A DNA stretch of 63,884 nucleotides, the filler included, from Neolecta irregularis DAH-3 (lineage: Eukaryota): assembly GCA_001929475.1 (NCBI GenBank). It is 7 parts of 7 records of this genome, joined end to end, with 100 filler letters (N's around TTAATTAATTAA, not from the genome) between each part and the next. Parts side by side here need not be neighbours in the genome. Positions count along the whole stretch, not along the records: positions 62,801 to 63,884 come from LXFE01000347.1; 6 more parts are not named here. One strand, 5' to 3'. Position numbers and translations under genes: made by a program. Each line of letters begins with the position of its first letter. The stretch's first letter is position 1. Below, in pieces: positions 62,971 to 63,884 of this stretch. Below the pieces are notes generated by a model, which worked only from the letters and a program-made list of their open reading frames with translations, was not told the DNA's origin and ran no database searches.

Positions 62971-63553
62971 ACATGTGTATAAATCCATGGACTAAAACAG
63001 ATTCTGGGTAACTGACACAAAGTTTGAGACATTGAAATGCTGTTATGAAGCCAGTGATAGAATCTTTGACTTTCAATTTGTTAAATATTTGTCTATGGTT
63101 GAATAGGTTACCGTTTGGGATATATTTGTCACTAAAGATCTTGATGATTCTTTCCAAGCTTCTGGCAGCTTCCAACAATGGTTTGTTGGCTCACCACCAT
63201 TCCTTGGTATATCCTTCCAGAGATTCGAATATTAAGTGCTTAAATTTCGAGATTTGAAATTTGTGTCCTTGTGATACTTCAATTACAGAAAACCACCAAT
63301 CTTTGAAGTCTTCTTTCCTAGAGAATTTAGGAAATTTGGGTATTTGTGCAGCAATTTGCACCACCAGTGAGGTTGATTTTGAAGCCTATGTTGCAGCAGC
63401 CACAGTCGAGGCAAATCTTTGTTCCAAAGCTGCTGTATTCACTACCTGGTATTCCTGAGTTCTTGTGATTACCTGGTTGATAGCCAAGGCTACTGTTGAG
63501 CTAATGGTGGCTGAAACCTGCTCCATAATTCTTGCGAATGTTTCAGGATCCAT
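62971..63553 (-). mobile_element. Ty3/gypsy gag relic
   Basis: MDPETFAR...PKFSRKEDFKDWW..LEGYTKEWW*..FSDKY..FNKLK..SITGFITAF in one frame, with in-frame stops at 63386-63388 (TAG) and 63191-63193 (TGA). Confidence 0.8.
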
Positions 63554-63658
63554 TTTTCTTTATTGGTCTTTTCAGGTGTACTTTTAGAGTGTGTAGCCGA
63601 CACTATAGGACTTCCAATTGTAAGGTAGTCACAGTAGCTGGGTGCCTTGCACATATGT

Positions 63659-63726
63659 TGTAGGCGAGATAACTCAGATGCGATATAATGACTAACCGAG
63701 TTATGCGAAGTTACCGAAACTTACTG
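63659..63726. repeat. Repeat C, copy 3 (inverted, most CpG-intact)
   Basis: tgtaggcgagataactcagatgcgatataatgactaaccgagttatgcgaagttaccgaaacttactg. Confidence 0.8.
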
Positions 63727-63884
63727 AACTCAATATAATAGGGATGGTGTAACCGGCTCCTCTCTATAGAAGCTGATTAGTGACGAAATGTGGAGCTTCT
63801 GTGCTCGCTGATCATCATGGTTCTCTTTCCTTCTCTTTAACCTAGCAGCAGTCTCAAAGGATTGCTCCCAAGACCAATGAAAGG

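Overview
Very gene-dense, intron-rich fungal DNA from an early-diverging ascomycete. It looks like Taphrinomycotina: genes resemble fission-yeast orthologues, but a complex I subunit and palC are present. Neolecta is a plausible but unproven source. The window is a scaffold with six artificial 100-nt gap linkers (N44-TTAATTAATTAA-N44). About 25 mostly conserved genes are present: TPS3-like, ARPC1, ATG10, U2B'', CYP51, ornithine aminotransferase, a RAD16/RAD7 head-to-head pair, a USP12/46-type DUB, YVC1, eIF2-alpha, a Yip1-family protein, NDUFB7, palC, LSM2, a coiled-coil protein, a PQ-loop protein, a BEACH-WD40-FYVE protein, a vacuolar subtilisin, TES1, a Red1-like zf-C3H1 protein, SPT8, myosin II, CTI6 and RRP1. 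Small accessory patches hold Ty3/gypsy relics, a solo LTR, hAT MITEs, an orphan secreted PAN-domain gene and a captured Cdc25-type SH3 pseudo-fragment. Four signals stand out. (1) Introns are only 32-50 nt, with almost no 5' splice consensus and at least 7 GC-AG introns. (2) Roughly 1-kb GC-rich islands show a polar G-left/C-right skew that overrides gene orientation. (3) CpG decay is confined to repeats. (4) There is an accessory island at 4.3-7.7 kb. All exon structures were inferred by eye; no database searches were run.
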